DNA of 64,000 bases from Candidatus Eiseniibacteriota bacterium (GCA_963823555.1 CAWGMA010000001.1:992001-1056000), one strand, 5' to 3'; numbered from the stretch's first letter, positions 39,455-52,125 are shown. The notes: generated by a model from the sequence alone, not told the origin. Numbers and translations: made by a program.

Positions 39455-41057
39455 GGCGGCTCCGGGCCGCCCTCCCTCCAGCACGCGACTCGAGCCGGGG
39501 CTTCGCGTCGCTCTCGGCTGGCGCTTCCTTCTCTCCGCCGTGCTCGCGGCGCTCGCCTTTCCGCCGTTCCACCTGGGGCCGGTCATCCTCGTGGCCCTCG
39601 TGCCCTACTTCGATGCGGTGCGCCTGGCCGAGGGGGCACGATCGGGAAGGCGCCAGGCCAGCCTCGTCGTGTATCTCGGCGGGATGCTCCATTTCGCCCT
39701 TCTCCTCTACTGGATTCTCTTCCTGCCTGCAGAGGAAGTGACGATTCCCGGAATCATCATCCCGGCGTTCGCCCTGATGGCCGCCTATCTCGCGCTCTTT
39801 CCCTTCGCGGCTCAGGCCGCGGCCCGCCGCGGCGCCCGGCTCGGCCTCCCGATCTGGCTCACGCTCGCGGTGGCGTGGGTCGGGGCCGAGTATCTCCGCA
39901 GCCAGAGCCAGCTCGGGTTCCCCTGGGTGCTTGCCGGATACGGGCTCATCGAGACTCCGGTGCTCCTTCAGTTCTTGAGTGTGACCGGGATTTTCGGCGG
40001 CAGCCTGTTCGTCTGCCTGGTGAACGGGCTCGTGTTCGCCGCCCTTCGCGCCCGCGGTCGAGCGCGGCTCGCCTTCGCGCTCGGCGCCGTGCTCCTCGTC
40101 GCCGCGGCCGCCGGGTACGGGAGACGGGCCATCACTCACCTGGGGCTCCCGCGCACGCTCGAGGTGGCGCTCATCCAGGGCAATATCGGCCGGGCGGTCA
40201 AGTTCAAGCCCGAGCACCGGCTCGAGAACCTGGAGCGCCTGATGCAGATGAGCGAGGAGGCGGTGGCCCAGGCGCCGTCGCGCCCCGATCTCATCATCTG
40301 GCCGGAGACCGCCGCCACCTGCTACCTGAAGCTCGACCCGGGCTGCCGGCTGCGCCTGCACTTCCTGGTCGACGATCTCCAGGTGCCGCTCCTGACCGGG
40401 GCGCCGGATGTCGATCCTCGACCCGACGGGACGCGACGCTATTCGAACGCCGCCTTCGTGATCGCTCCTGGACGGGGGATCACCGGCGAGTACGCGAAGG
40501 TGAACCTCGTGCCCTTCGGTGAGGCGTTTCCCTACCAGGACCGGTTCCCGATCCTCGGGAAGATCGATTTCGGCGAGGCCGATTTCGATCGCGGCCCCGG
40601 CTTCACGCCGCTCGCGGTCAACGGCGATACGGTGGGGGTCATGATCTGCTTCGAGTCCATCTTTCCGCACATCGGTCGTGCCTATGCCCGCGCGGGAGCC
40701 GGGTTTTTCGCCAACGTGACGAACGACGAGTGGTTCGGGGCGAGCGGTGGCCCCTACCAGCACGCGGCGATGGCGGCGGCGCGTGCCATCGAGACCCGGC
40801 GCGGGCTCGCGCGGGCCGCCAACACCGGGGTATCGTTCGTCGTCGATCGCGCCGGCCGGGTTTCCCACGCGACCCGACTTTTCACCGCCGCGACGGTGGT
40901 GGCCCCGGTCGAGATCGGGGAGGGGACGACGGACTACATGCGGATCGGGGACCGGGTGCCGCAGGCCTGCCTGGTGGCGACCGTGCTGATGATGGTGTTC
41001 GGCCATCGGCGGCGACCGCGGGAGCTAGAACGCCATCTGGAAGAGCGGGATCAGTGA
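39405..41057 (+). CDS. lnt: Apolipoprotein N-acyltransferase (true start probably after 39454)
   Basis: GFPW, IQGNI, IIWPETA, KVNLVPFGE, ICFESIF, NVTNDEWFG and RAANTGVS motifs. Confidence 0.95.
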   Translation: MRSMPRPRADVRSRSPRAAPGRPPSSTRLEPGLRVALGWRFLLSAVLAALAFPPFHLGPVILVALVPYFDAVRLAEGARSGRRQASLVVYLGGMLHFALLLYWILFLPAEEVTIPGIIIPAFALMAAYLALFPFAAQAAARRGARLGLPIWLTLAVAWVGAEYLRSQSQLGFPWVLAGYGLIETPVLLQFLSVTGIFGGSLFVCLVNGLVFAALRARGRARLAFALGAVLLVAAAAGYGRRAITHLGLPRTLEVALIQGNIGRAVKFKPEHRLENLERLMQMSEEAVAQAPSRPDLIIWPETAATCYLKLDPGCRLRLHFLVDDLQVPLLTGAPDVDPRPDGTRRYSNAAFVIAPGRGITGEYAKVNLVPFGEAFPYQDRFPILGKIDFGEADFDRGPGFTPLAVNGDTVGVMICFESIFPHIGRAYARAGAGFFANVTNDEWFGASGGPYQHAAMAAARAIETRRGLARAANTGVSFVVDRAGRVSHATRLFTAATVVAPVEIGEGTTDYMRIGDRVPQACLVATVLMMVFGHRRRPRELERHLEERDQ

Positions 41058-41849
41058 TTGGATAGTCGCGACGTACATGAAGCGCTCGATGCCCTGTGGG
41101 CGCCGCGGTCGGGGCTCGGCGATCCGCGTCTTTGCCTCCTTGCCGCCGGTCTCGCCACGCTCCTTCTCCTCGTGCTCTCGCCGGCGGGCGCTTCGCTTCT
41201 CGCCGTCGTCCTTACCGCCGGGGCCCTCGTTGCCGGCGGACCCGGCCTTCGCAAGTTTCTACGGATCACGGTGATTCTCTGCCTGATCACGCTCGCTCTG
41301 AATGCGGTGACCGCACCCGGGCCCGCGCTCGCGCGCCTGGGCCCACTCACCGTGACCGCACCCGGCGTCGCGGCCGGGCTCGCGCGCGCGGCGCGCCTTC
41401 TCGGGCTCGCCGCCGTGGCGCGCCTCGTCACCCGCGCGCTGCCCGCGTCCGATCTCGCCGATCTGGCCGAGCGCCTGAGCTGGCCCCTCGAGCGCCGCTT
41501 CGGATTCGCGCGGGGCCTGGGCCTCGCCTTTGGGCTCGCCCTGCGCTTCATTCCCGAGCTCGGCGCCGAGGCGGCTCGGATCCGCCTGGCCCAGGCGGCC
41601 CGCCCGCCCCAGGCCCCCGCCGGGCGCCGGCGCCGCCTCGAATCGACCTTCCTGCCCCTCCTCGCGGGCGCTGTGCGGCGTTCGGAGGAGGTGGCGCTGA
41701 CCCTGGATGCCCGGGGCTTCGCGAGCGGAGAGCCCACGCGCCGGGCCGCGGTCGGGCTCGGCCGGTCGGGCCTCGTCGCCACCCTCCTGCTCCTCGGTCT
41801 CACCGCGCTCATCATCCTCGCCGACCGCGCCCTGGGTTCTGGTGGCTGA
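41058..41849 (+). CDS. ecfT: Energy-coupling factor transporter T component (EcfT/CbiQ)
   Basis: DPR, LALRFIPEL, IRLAQAAR and LDARGF motifs. Confidence 0.85.
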   Translation: MDSRDVHEALDALWAPRSGLGDPRLCLLAAGLATLLLLVLSPAGASLLAVVLTAGALVAGGPGLRKFLRITVILCLITLALNAVTAPGPALARLGPLTVTAPGVAAGLARAARLLGLAAVARLVTRALPASDLADLAERLSWPLERRFGFARGLGLAFGLALRFIPELGAEAARIRLAQAARPPQAPAGRRRRLESTFLPLLAGAVRRSEEVALTLDARGFASGEPTRRAAVGLGRSGLVATLLLLGLTALIILADRALGSGG

Positions 41850-41860
41850 CGGGGGCCCGC

Positions 41861-42658
41861 ATGCGCTACGCGATCGCCCTCGAGTATGACGGGACCGACT
41901 TCTGGGGCTGGCAGATCCAGCCCGGCTCGCGTACCGTGCAGGGTGTCGTCGAGGAGGCGCTCGCGACGATCCTCGGGGTCCGGGTCCGCGTGACGGGGGC
42001 CGGGCGCACCGACCGCGGTTGCCATGCCACGGGTCAGGTCGCCCACTTCGATTACGATGGGCCGCGGCACCCGACCGAGATCGGGCGCGGGCTCGCGGCA
42101 CTCCTGCCCGCGGATGTCCGGCTCCGGGCCTTTGCGCCGGCGCCGGCGGGATTCCATGCCCGGTACAGCGCCAGCGAGCGGGCCTATCGCTACGCGATCG
42201 CCCGCCGCCCGTCGGCGCTCGCGCGGCGCCAGGCCTGGACCCTGGGGCAGAGGCTCGACCTTCGCGCGCTCCGCGCGGCGAGCACTTGCCTTCTCGGCGA
42301 GCACGACTTTCGCGGCTATGCCGTCGCCGATGAGGAGGAGGCCACGGGGCGCTGCCGGGTGGCGCGCGCCGAGTGGCGGATCGCTCACGGCGGTTATGAG
42401 TTTCTGATCGTGGCCGACCGCTTCCTCACGCGGATGGTGCGCTTCCTCGTGGGGACGCTGGTCGAGGTGGGACGCGGACGGCTCGAGCCCGCGGCGGTTA
42501 CGGCACGGCTCGATCGTCCGCCCCAGGAACCGCGTCCCGCGGCGGCACCGGCGGCCGGGCTCTGCCTGGTCTGGGTGCGCTATGACAGGAGCGGCCCGGC
42601 CTCACATCTCGGGGCGGCGGGAGCGCCGCCAGAAAGAAGACGAGGGGAAGCACCATGA
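41861..42658 (+). CDS. truA: tRNA pseudouridine(38-40) synthase
   Basis: [33 protein letters not shown] and FLTRMVR motifs. Confidence 0.95.
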   Translation: MRYAIALEYDGTDFWGWQIQPGSRTVQGVVEEALATILGVRVRVTGAGRTDRGCHATGQVAHFDYDGPRHPTEIGRGLAALLPADVRLRAFAPAPAGFHARYSASERAYRYAIARRPSALARRQAWTLGQRLDLRALRAASTCLLGEHDFRGYAVADEEEATGRCRVARAEWRIAHGGYEFLIVADRFLTRMVRFLVGTLVEVGRGRLEPAAVTARLDRPPQEPRPAAAPAAGLCLVWVRYDRSGPASHLGAAGAPPERRRGEAP

Positions 42659-43332
42659 AGATCTTTCTCGATACCGGCAGCATCGACGAGGTGCGCCAGG
42701 CAGCGAGCCTCGGCGTCATCGACGGCGTCACCACCAACCCCAGCCTCATCGCCAAGGAGACGGGCGAGTTCAAGGACATCGTGCTCGAGCTCTGCAAGAT
42801 CGTCGACGGACCGGTGAGCGCGGAGGTGGTGGCCACCGATACCGAGGGGATGCTCCGCGAGGGCCGCGCGCTGGCGAAGATCCACAAGCATGTCGTGGTC
42901 AAGATCCCCATGCTGCCGGCCGGGCTCCGCGCCATCAGCTTGCTCAAGAAGGATGGCATCCGCACCAACTGCACCCTCGTCTTCTCGGCCAACCAGGCGC
43001 TTCTCGCCGCCAAGGCGGGAGCGACCATGGTGAGCCCCTTCATCGGGCGCCTCGACGACGCCAGCATGAACGGCATGGATCTCGTCCGCGACATCTGCGC
43101 CATCTACGCCAACTACGACTTCGAGACCGAGGTCCTGACCGCGAGCATCCGCCACCCCATGCACGTGGTCGAGGCGGCGCTCGCCGGGAGCGACATCGCC
43201 ACCATGCCCCACAAGGTGTTCGAGCAGATGATGAAGCACCCGCTCACCGACATCGGGCTCGAGCGTTTTCTCGCCGACTGGGAGAAGGTGAAGGCGCGGA
43301 CCAAGAAGTCGAAGAAGTCGATCCAGGTGTAG
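42655..43332 (+). CDS. fsa: Transaldolase/fructose-6-phosphate aldolase (type 3B)
   Basis: [29 protein letters not shown] and HPLTDIG motifs. Confidence 0.93.
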   Translation: MKIFLDTGSIDEVRQAASLGVIDGVTTNPSLIAKETGEFKDIVLELCKIVDGPVSAEVVATDTEGMLREGRALAKIHKHVVVKIPMLPAGLRAISLLKKDGIRTNCTLVFSANQALLAAKAGATMVSPFIGRLDDASMNGMDLVRDICAIYANYDFETEVLTASIRHPMHVVEAALAGSDIATMPHKVFEQMMKHPLTDIGLERFLADWEKVKARTKKSKKSIQV

Positions 43333-43341
43333 GGCGTGACC

Positions 43342-44502
43342 ATGAGGCATCATGCTGGGGGAGAGGGGCGGAGGGCGTTCGCGTTCGCGCTCGTGGTTGC
43401 CGGTGTCGCGGGTGCCGCCGGTCACGCGGCGGCGCAGCCGCCCCCGCCGGGGGCGATCGATCAATCCCGGCGCACCGCCATCGTCGCCGCCGCCGAGACC
43501 GCGGGTCCCGCCGTGGTCTCGATCGCCACCGTCCGCACCCAGATCGTGCGGAGCCCGCTCGCTCCCTACCACGATCAGTGGTTCGACCAGTTCTTCCGCG
43601 ACCTCTACCCGGCGCGGCGCTACGACGTGCCGTCGCTCGGCTCGGGGTTCATCATCGATCCCCAGGGCTACGTCGTCTCGAACGAGCACGTGATCCACGG
43701 CGCGCAGTCGATCCGGGTCACGCTCCCCGACTCGCGCGAGTTCGACGGCAAGGTGATCGGCGCCGATCAGAACTACGACATCGCCGTCATCAAGCTCGAG
43801 GGCGCCACCCCGGACCTCCCGGCCATCGACCTCGGTGATTCCGATGACGTCATCATCGGGGAGTGGGCGATCGCCGTCGGCAATCCCTTCGGCTTCCTCC
43901 TCAACGACAGCCATCCCTCGGTGACCGCGGGCGTGATCTCGGCGCTCCACCGCGACGTCAAGGCCGAGAACCAGACCGGCGGCATCTACAAGGACATGAT
44001 CCAGACCGACGCCGCGATCAATCCCGGGAACTCGGGCGGCCCGCTCGTGAACGGGGCCGGGCAGGTGATCGGGGTCAACACCTTCATCTTCTCCCAGTCC
44101 GGCGGTTCGCTGGGCATGGGGTTCGCGATCCCCATCAACACCGTCAAGCGCGTCGTGAACGAGATCATCCGCTACGGCTCGGTGCGGGACATCTGGATCG
44201 GCATCTCGGTGCAGGAGATCTCCCCGTTCCTCGCCGAGCAGCTCGCGATCGAGGATCGGCGCGGGCTCGTGGTGTCGGCGATCGATCGCGGGAGCCCGGC
44301 CTATCGCGCCGGGATCCGGGTGGGGGATGTCATTCGCCAGGTGAACGGGGCGGCGGTCGTGACCACGCGCGACGCCCAGCGCACGATCTTCGGCACCCCG
44401 GTCGGCGGCACGGTGAAGATCAAGGTGGAGCGCGAGGGCAAGACCCGGGAGGTGGACGTGACGGTCGAGGCGGCGCCGAGCGATAAGCGGGAGGGGTCCT
44501 AG
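43342..44502 (+). CDS. HtrA/DegP family serine protease with one PDZ domain
   Basis: LGSGFII, SNEHVI, QTDAAINPGNSGGPL and a C-terminal PDZ. Confidence 0.95.
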   Translation: MRHHAGGEGRRAFAFALVVAGVAGAAGHAAAQPPPPGAIDQSRRTAIVAAAETAGPAVVSIATVRTQIVRSPLAPYHDQWFDQFFRDLYPARRYDVPSLGSGFIIDPQGYVVSNEHVIHGAQSIRVTLPDSREFDGKVIGADQNYDIAVIKLEGATPDLPAIDLGDSDDVIIGEWAIAVGNPFGFLLNDSHPSVTAGVISALHRDVKAENQTGGIYKDMIQTDAAINPGNSGGPLVNGAGQVIGVNTFIFSQSGGSLGMGFAIPINTVKRVVNEIIRYGSVRDIWIGISVQEISPFLAEQLAIEDRRGLVVSAIDRGSPAYRAGIRVGDVIRQVNGAAVVTTRDAQRTIFGTPVGGTVKIKVEREGKTREVDVTVEAAPSDKREGS

Positions 44503-44505
44503 GCC

Positions 44506-45824
<1,319 letters not shown>

Positions 45825-45828
<4 letters not shown>

Positions 45829-48250
45829 CCGCGCGCCGGAAGGCGGCCGGAAGCGCCCGCGCGAAGGCGCCGAAGAACGGCAGGGGGCCCGCACGCCTCG
45901 AGCTCTCCGGGCTCGACGATGCGGCCCTCAAGAAGACGCTCTCGGCGCACAACCTCACCATCACCGTGGGCGAGGCGCGCCAGCTCATCGCGCATATCGG
46001 GCGTGATCCGACGCCGGTCGAGGCGCGTCTCTTCGACATTCTCTGGAGCGAGCACTGCTCCTACAAGTCGAGCCGGCATGTGTTGAAGCGGCTCCCGACC
46101 CAGGGCCAGGACGTCATCCTCGGCCCCGGCGAGGACGCCGGGGTCGTCCACTTCGGCTCGCACGAGGGCGTGCGCTACGCGCTCGTGATCGGCCACGAGA
46201 GCCACAACCATCCGTCGCAGGTGCTCCCCATCGAGGGCGCGGCCACCGGGATCGGCGGCATCGTGCGCGATGTGTTCTGCATGGGCGCCGAGGTGGTGGG
46301 CGTGCTCGACGCGCTCCGCTTCGGGGATCCCGCAGGGGCCGGCGGCGGTACACGTCCGCGATATCGCGCAGGGTGTGGTCCAGGGCATCATGGAGTACGG
46401 GAACGCGCTCGGCGTTCCGAACCTCGGCGGGGATGTCTTCTTCGACCCGACCTTCGACGACAACTGCCTCGTCAACGTCGTGGCGGTCGGCGTCTGTCCC
46501 GAATCGCGCATCATACGGAGCCGGGTGCCGGAGGCGGCGCGCGAGGTGCCGCATGTCCTCATCCTCGTCGGCAAGCCCACCGACATGACCGGCTTCGGCG
46601 GGGCGAGCTTCGCCTCGGCGGCGCTCGACGCCGATCGCGCCCACGAGCAGAAGGGGGCGGTGCAGGTCCACGACCCGTTCCTGAAGCGCGTGCTCTTCGA
46701 GGCCACCGAGGCCGTGTTCGCCTTCTGCGAAGCGCGCGGGATCGCGATCGGCTTCAAGGACCTCGGCGCGGGCGGGCTCGCCTGCGCCGCGGTCGAGCTC
46801 GCCGCCGCGCAGGGCATGGGGATGGAGGTGGATCTCTCGCTCGTCCCGGTCGACAGCCCGGACCACAAGCCCGAGGTCATCGCCTGCGCCGAGACCCAGG
46901 AGCGCTTCGCGATCGTCGTCCCCGCGGAGATCGCTCCCGAGATCCTCGCGATCTACAACGAGGAGTTCGAGCTCCCGGCGCTCTACCCGGGAGCGCGGGC
47001 GGCGGTGATCGGGAAGGTGGTGGCCGAGGATCGCTTCGTCCTCAAGCACAAGCGGGCGCGGGTCGGCGATCTCGCCGCCACGGTGGTGACGGCGGGGATC
47101 CGGCACGAGCGCCCGGCGGCTCCGCTCGCGGCGCCGCCCGGGGCGCAACCCGAGCCTCCGTGCGCGGACGCCGGGGCGACGCTCCAAGCGCTCCTCGCGC
47201 GCCCCAACCTCTGCTCGCGCGAACACATCTACCGGGGTTACGACACCGACGTGCGCGGGCGCGCTGTCGTGCGCCCGGGCGAGGCGGATGCCGGCGTGAT
47301 CGCGCCCGTGCCGGGGGCGCCGCTCGGTCTCGCCTTCGCCGTCGATGGGACGCCGGCCTACGGCCTCGTCGATCCCTACCTGGCGGCGGTCCATGCCACG
47401 CTCGAGGCGATGCGGAACGTCGCCTGTGTCGGCGCCGAACCGATCGCGCTCACCGATTGCCTGAACTACGGGAGCCCCGAGGATCCCCAGGTGATGGCCG
47501 CCTTCACCGCCGGCGTCGAGGGCATCGCCGCCGCGGCGCGCGGGATCGGCCGGCGCCACGAGGCGTCGGAGCCGGTGCCGGTCGTGAGCGGGAACGTGAG
47601 CTTCTACAACCATTCGGCGGCGGGGAAGGCGATCGCGCCGTCGCCGATCGTGGCCTGTGCCGGGCGACTCGAGGATTACTCGCGGGTCGTGACGATGCGC
47701 ATGAAGGGGGAGGGATCGCGGATTCTCCTGATCGGCGAGCGGCGGCCCGAGCTCGGCGGCTCCGAGTTCCTGCGATACATCGCGGATGGGAACGGAGGGA
47801 ACCTGGGCGGACCGCTCCCGGCGGTGGATCTCGCCCGCGAGCGGACGCAGCTCTACGCCGTTCTCGATCTCATCGATCGCGGCTGGATCCGTGCTGCGCA
47901 CGACATCGCGGCTGGCGGTCTCGCCATCGCCGTGGCCGAGATGCTCCTCGGGGTCGCGGCCAGGCCGCGGATCGGCGTGGCACTCGAGCTCGATGCGCTG
48001 GCGCCCGAGCTCGGGTGTGGCGTCGCTCCTCTTCGGCGAGGCGCCGGGCTATCTCCTCGAGGTGGCGCCGGCCGATCTCGAGCAGGTGCACGCGCACCTC
48101 GCCGGGTGCGGGGTCACGGCCTTCGATCTCGGGACGACGACCGGGAAGCCGCGTCTCGTGATCGAGCGCGGCGGTCGTGCGCTCGTCGATATCGATCTCG
48201 AAACGCTCGCCACCGCGCACCGCGGCGCGCTCGCCGAGCTCATGGCCTAG
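45825..48250 (+). CDS. purL: Phosphoribosylformylglycinamidine synthase subunit PurL, with two +1 frameshifts (about 46330 and 48014)
   Basis: WSEHCSYKSS and ESHNHPS in frame 1; DLGAGGL, ETQER, DCLNYGSPE and AHDIAAGG in frame 2; LFGEAPG in frame 3. Confidence 0.93.
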
Positions 48251-48258
48251 GGGGGGAG

Positions 48259-49161
48259 ATGGACGCGCGAGACATGGATCCCAAAGACCGCTTCCGGATC
48301 GCCGTCCTCCAGCTCCCCGGCGTCAACTGCGAGCACGAGACGGCGCGCGCCGTCCGCGCCGCGGGCCTCTCGGCCGAGGTCGTCCGCTGGACGCGGCGTG
48401 ACCTCGATGACTTCCATGGCTTCGTCCTCCCCGGCGGCTTCTCCTTCCAGGATCGCGTGCGCGCGGGCGCGATCGCGGCGCGCGAGCCCGCGCTCGCCGC
48501 CGTCGTCCGCGCGGCGCACGACGGCCGCCCGGTGCTCGGGATCTGTAACGGCGCGCAGGTCCTCATCGAGGCCGGCCTCGTCCCCGACCTCGACGGCGAG
48601 GGCAGGATCGAGATGGGGCTCGCGCCGAACGCGATGCCCGCTCGCCAGGGCTACTACTGCACCTGGGTCTACACCGTGCCCACGGTGCGCGGGCGGGAGT
48701 CGGCGTTCGGCCTCGCCTTCGCCGATGGCGAGGTCATGCCCGCGGTCGCGGCCCACGGCGAGGGACGCTTCGTCACGCGCGATCCGGCGATCGAGGCCGC
48801 GGTCCGGAGCGAGGAGGTGGTCGGCTTCCGCTACGTCGCCGCTGACGGCAGCGCGGCGCGGGGGTTTCCCGCCAATCCCAACGGCTCCCTCGCCGATGCG
48901 GCAGGCATCATGAACATGGCGGGGAATGTTCTCGCCTTCATGCCGCACCCCGAGCGCGCGGCCTGGCTCTATCAGGTCGGATGGGAGGTCGAGGGGCCGT
49001 GGGGCGAGCGCCATCGCGCCGCCCACGGCGATCACGCGGGCCTCGCCGGTCCCGGCCCGGGGCTCCGGATGTTCACCTCGATGCGCCTCTATCTTGAGCG
49101 CCGCGCGCGAGGCGGCGACGGCGAGGTGGCCGCAGCGGCGGCACGGGAGGCAGGGCGATGA
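48259..49161 (+). CDS. purQ: Phosphoribosylformylglycinamidine synthase glutaminase subunit
   Basis: PGVNCE, PGGFSFQD, LGICNG, AHGEG, NPNGS and MPHPER motifs. Confidence 0.95.
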   Translation: MDARDMDPKDRFRIAVLQLPGVNCEHETARAVRAAGLSAEVVRWTRRDLDDFHGFVLPGGFSFQDRVRAGAIAAREPALAAVVRAAHDGRPVLGICNGAQVLIEAGLVPDLDGEGRIEMGLAPNAMPARQGYYCTWVYTVPTVRGRESAFGLAFADGEVMPAVAAHGEGRFVTRDPAIEAAVRSEEVVGFRYVAADGSAARGFPANPNGSLADAAGIMNMAGNVLAFMPHPERAAWLYQVGWEVEGPWGERHRAAHGDHAGLAGPGPGLRMFTSMRLYLERRARGGDGEVAAAAAREAGR

Positions 49162-49742
49162 CCATCGATCTCACGCTCACGGTGGCGCTCCGCGGCGCCG
49201 ATCCGGTCGCCCTCACCGCCGAGCACGCGCTCACCCATCGCCTCGGTTACAGCGGGGTCCTCGCCGAGATCCTGCGCCGCGATGTGTGGTGGATCGAGCT
49301 CGAGTCCTCGGGGGTGGCCGAAGCGCTCGCGCTCGCGGGCTCCTGGGTGACGCGCTCGAACGTGTTCGTGAATCCCAACAAGCATGTGTACGAACTCACC
49401 GCCTCGAGCGGCGGCGAGAAGACGGCGCGCGCCGCCGGACGCACGGCGTGGGTGGTGGCTTGGAGCGAGCCCGATATCGAGGGCGCGGCGGCGGTGCGGC
49501 TGATCCGGTCACGCTTCGGCGGCGCGGAGCTCTGCCAGGTGCGGAAGGCGCTCGTGTGGATGCTTCGCTTCGGCGCCGGCGTCGAGCCCGCCGAGGTCGA
49601 ACCCCTGGCCGAGGAGATCGCCGTCAGCCGCTCGCGCCTGGGCGGGCTCCTGACGAACCCGCACATCCAGTCGGTCGCGATCACGCGCGGGGCGGACCCG
49701 CGCCCGGCGCTCCTCAAGGCGTTCGCGGCGGCCGAAGGCTGA
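49158..49742 (+). CDS. purS: PurS-like protein with two tandem PurS-type halves
   Basis: Follows purQ; DPVALTA..LGY..FVNPNK in the first half and LLTNPHIQS in the second. Confidence 0.7.
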   Translation: MTIDLTLTVALRGADPVALTAEHALTHRLGYSGVLAEILRRDVWWIELESSGVAEALALAGSWVTRSNVFVNPNKHVYELTASSGGEKTARAAGRTAWVVAWSEPDIEGAAAVRLIRSRFGGAELCQVRKALVWMLRFGAGVEPAEVEPLAEEIAVSRSRLGGLLTNPHIQSVAITRGADPRPALLKAFAAAEG

Positions 49743-49774
49743 TTCGCGGCGGCGGAGCGGGTCCCGGCAGCACG

Positions 49775-50974
49775 TCAGCGCCCATAGTGCATCTTGATGG
49801 CTCCCCACGTGCTTTCCTCCACCGCTCCCGCGCAACCCACGTCGCGCGCGCCGATCAATCCACAGCCCGCAGGCGCGTTTGCCGGCGCGCAGGGCGAGGA
49901 CTCCGCGAGCGAGTAGTCCGCACAGAAGAAGGGGTCGAGAGAGAAGTTACTGCCGAGGTCGGTTCCACAGATGTCGTCGCCGTCCTCGTTGCCGAACACG
50001 TCACAGCACTCGAAGGTGACCGTGCCTGGGCACGATACTCCTGGTCCCCCCAGGTTGAAGGCAATGATCGACCGCGTGACCCTCGCAGTTGTGGGTCCGC
50101 TCGCAAGGACGCCCGCCCCCAGGTAGCCCCGGTTTCCAACGATGGTGCACTGCTCGATGCGAGCGCCGCCCTCGCCGACCGAGATGCCGCCGCCAACGGA
50201 CTGGTTGTCGACCCCGTTGCTGTTCCCCGCGATCAGGCATCGCGTGATGGTCGGGCTCGAGGTGCCCTCGAACCCGAGTCCCGATCCAGAGCGACCGCGG
50301 TTGCCGGTGATCTCGCAGTCACGGATCACCGGCGACCCGAAGTAGACTCCGATTCCCCCGCCCGAGTTGGTCGACTCGGTGCCGTTGTTCACCACCATGC
50401 ACCGCTCGATCGTCGGTGAACTGACGACCGCGTCGATACCACCGCCGTTCGAGAAGCACTCGTTGTCCCGGATAAGGCAGTCAGCAATCGTGACCGAGGA
50501 GCCCACGAGGTAGATGCCACCGCCCGAGCCAGGACAGAAGTTGTGTTCGACAACGCAGTCTCTGAGCCTGCCATCCACGCCGTAGAGAGCGATTCCTCCC
50601 CCGGAGTCGCCGCCACCACCCTCGATCGTCGTTCCACCCAGGCCGCTGCGGATGGTGAGGCCCTCGAGATCGAGCTCGAGCGGGCCGATCGCGCACAAGA
50701 CACTCAGCGTGTCCGGCCGCGTCGGGGCACTGCCGTCGATGGTCGTTGTGGCGGGACCCGCCAGGGAAGCGATCCGCAGGGACTTGCCGAGGAGAAGAAC
50801 GGTCTCGACGTAGGTCCCTGGCCGAACGAGCACCGTATCGCCGCTTGCAGAGAAGTCCACGGCCGCCTGGATGGTCACGAAATCGTCGGGGACAAACCAG
50901 GTGCTGCTCTGGGCGGCGCCGGCTGCAACCAAAGAAGCAATGGTCATCGCAGCTCGAAAGACCGCGTGGTTCAC
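49775..50974 (-). CDS. Secreted beta-helix protein, paralog A (subtype 1)
   Basis: Signal peptide; WFVPDDFVTIQAA..GDTVLVRPGTY; tail STWGAIKMHYGR. Confidence 0.88.
   Translation of the reverse strand: MNHAVFRAAMTIASLVAAGAAQSSTWFVPDDFVTIQAAVDFSASGDTVLVRPGTYVETVLLLGKSLRIASLAGPATTTIDGSAPTRPDTLSVLCAIGPLELDLEGLTIRSGLGGTTIEGGGGDSGGGIALYGVDGRLRDCVVEHNFCPGSGGGIYLVGSSVTIADCLIRDNECFSNGGGIDAVVSSPTIERCMVVNNGTESTNSGGGIGVYFGSPVIRDCEITGNRGRSGSGLGFEGTSSPTITRCLIAGNSNGVDNQSVGGGISVGEGGARIEQCTIVGNRGYLGAGVLASGPTTARVTRSIIAFNLGGPGVSCPGTVTFECCDVFGNEDGDDICGTDLGSNFSLDPFFCADYSLAESSPCAPANAPAGCGLIGARDVGCAGAVEESTWGAIKMHYGR
49817..49929. repeat. 113-bp direct repeat, copy 1 (copy 2 at 51022-51134)
   Basis: Four mismatches on manual alignment; encodes the identical 37-aa C-terminal block of paralogs A and B. 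Confidence 0.9.
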
Positions 50975-50982
50975 GGACGCCT

Positions 50983-52125
50983 CTACCTGTACTCCGCCTT
51001 GATCCGGCCCCAGGTGGACGGCTCCACCGCGCCCGCGCAACCCACGTCGCGCGCGCCGATCAAGCCGCAGCCCGCAGGCGCGTTTGCCGGCGCGCAGGGC
51101 GAGGACTCTGCGAGCGAGTAGTCCGCACAGAAGAGCGGATCGAGGTTGACATTGCCGCCTAGATCGACACCGCAGAGGCCATCCTCCGCGTTTCCGAAGA
51201 CATCGTTGCATCGCAATTGCACGTCGGGATCACAGCTCACGCCCCGGCCGGTGTTGTAGGCCACGATGCTGTTGGTGAGCATTCCGGATCGGAGAGCGAC
51301 CGTGACATTGCAGTCGTTCTGGACAAACGTGCTGCTCTCAATCTGCCCGGCGGCTGTGATAAGCCCGTATCCGCCCCCGTCATCTCCATTCTCAAACGCC
51401 AGGAGGTCCATCACGATGACGCCGGAGCCACTTGTGATCAGGAAACCATCACTCGCCTGGCGATTTCCCCGAAGGACACAATCGGAGATTTCAAGGGGGC
51501 CGAATGTGGCCAGAATACCCGCGCTCGCGGCCTGGTTCCCCTCGATCGTAGTGCTCATGAGAACCAAGGAACTGAAGGCGGCTTCCAGCGCGCCGCCGGA
51601 GCGCCCCTGATTGTTGCGGATCTCGGAAGCTACAAGCTCGAGCGAGCTCGAGAACGCGAATATCCCGCCCCCAGGTCCATCAGCGAAGTTGCTTTCAACC
51701 AGACATCGTTCTACTCGACCGATGGTCTGCACGAGGATGATTCCCCCGCCGGCACCAGGCTCGAGTCCGGGGAATGTCGAGCCGCCCGGGCCATTGCGGA
51801 TGGTGAATCCCTCGATCATCAACGCCCTGGGATCCGAGTTCAGGGCACAAATCACGCTCAGGGTATCGGACCGCGGTGGAAAGGCACCGTCTATGATCGT
51901 GACCTCCGGGCCATCCAGCGACCTGAGAGCCAGCGCCTTGTCAACGACGAGGAGATTCTCGAGATATGTACCAGCTCGTACGAGCACCGTATCGGCATCC
52001 GATGAAGCATCGATGGCTTGTTGAATGGTGACGAACTGGTCCGGCACGACCCAGGTATCCGCCACGGTGACATGCGGCACGCCGGATAGACCGAGGAGCA
52101 GAGCAAAGAGACTGCGACACTTCAT
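50983..52125 (-). CDS. Secreted beta-helix protein, paralog B (subtype 2)
   Basis: RBS GGAGGT; signal peptide; WVVPDQFVTIQQAID; tail STWGRIKAEYR. Confidence 0.88.
   Translation of the reverse strand: MKCRSLFALLLGLSGVPHVTVADTWVVPDQFVTIQQAIDASSDADTVLVRAGTYLENLLVVDKALALRSLDGPEVTIIDGAFPPRSDTLSVICALNSDPRALMIEGFTIRNGPGGSTFPGLEPGAGGGIILVQTIGRVERCLVESNFADGPGGGIFAFSSSLELVASEIRNNQGRSGGALEAAFSSLVLMSTTIEGNQAASAGILATFGPLEISDCVLRGNRQASDGFLITSGSGVIVMDLLAFENGDDGGGYGLITAAGQIESSTFVQNDCNVTVALRSGMLTNSIVAYNTGRGVSCDPDVQLRCNDVFGNAEDGLCGVDLGGNVNLDPLFCADYSLAESSPCAPANAPAGCGLIGARDVGCAGAVEPSTWGRIKAEYR

Noticed and set aside
46270..49161. 963-aa PurL-PurQ fusion in the ORF track
   Set aside because: Produced by the frameshift at about 48014. 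The PurL C-terminus ends at 48250 in another frame, and purQ has its own RBS and ATG.
49817..51134. Near-identical repeat pair as a DGR template/variable repeat
   Set aside because: Both copies are coding, the four differences are synonymous and not adenine-specific, and no reverse transcriptase gene is present.
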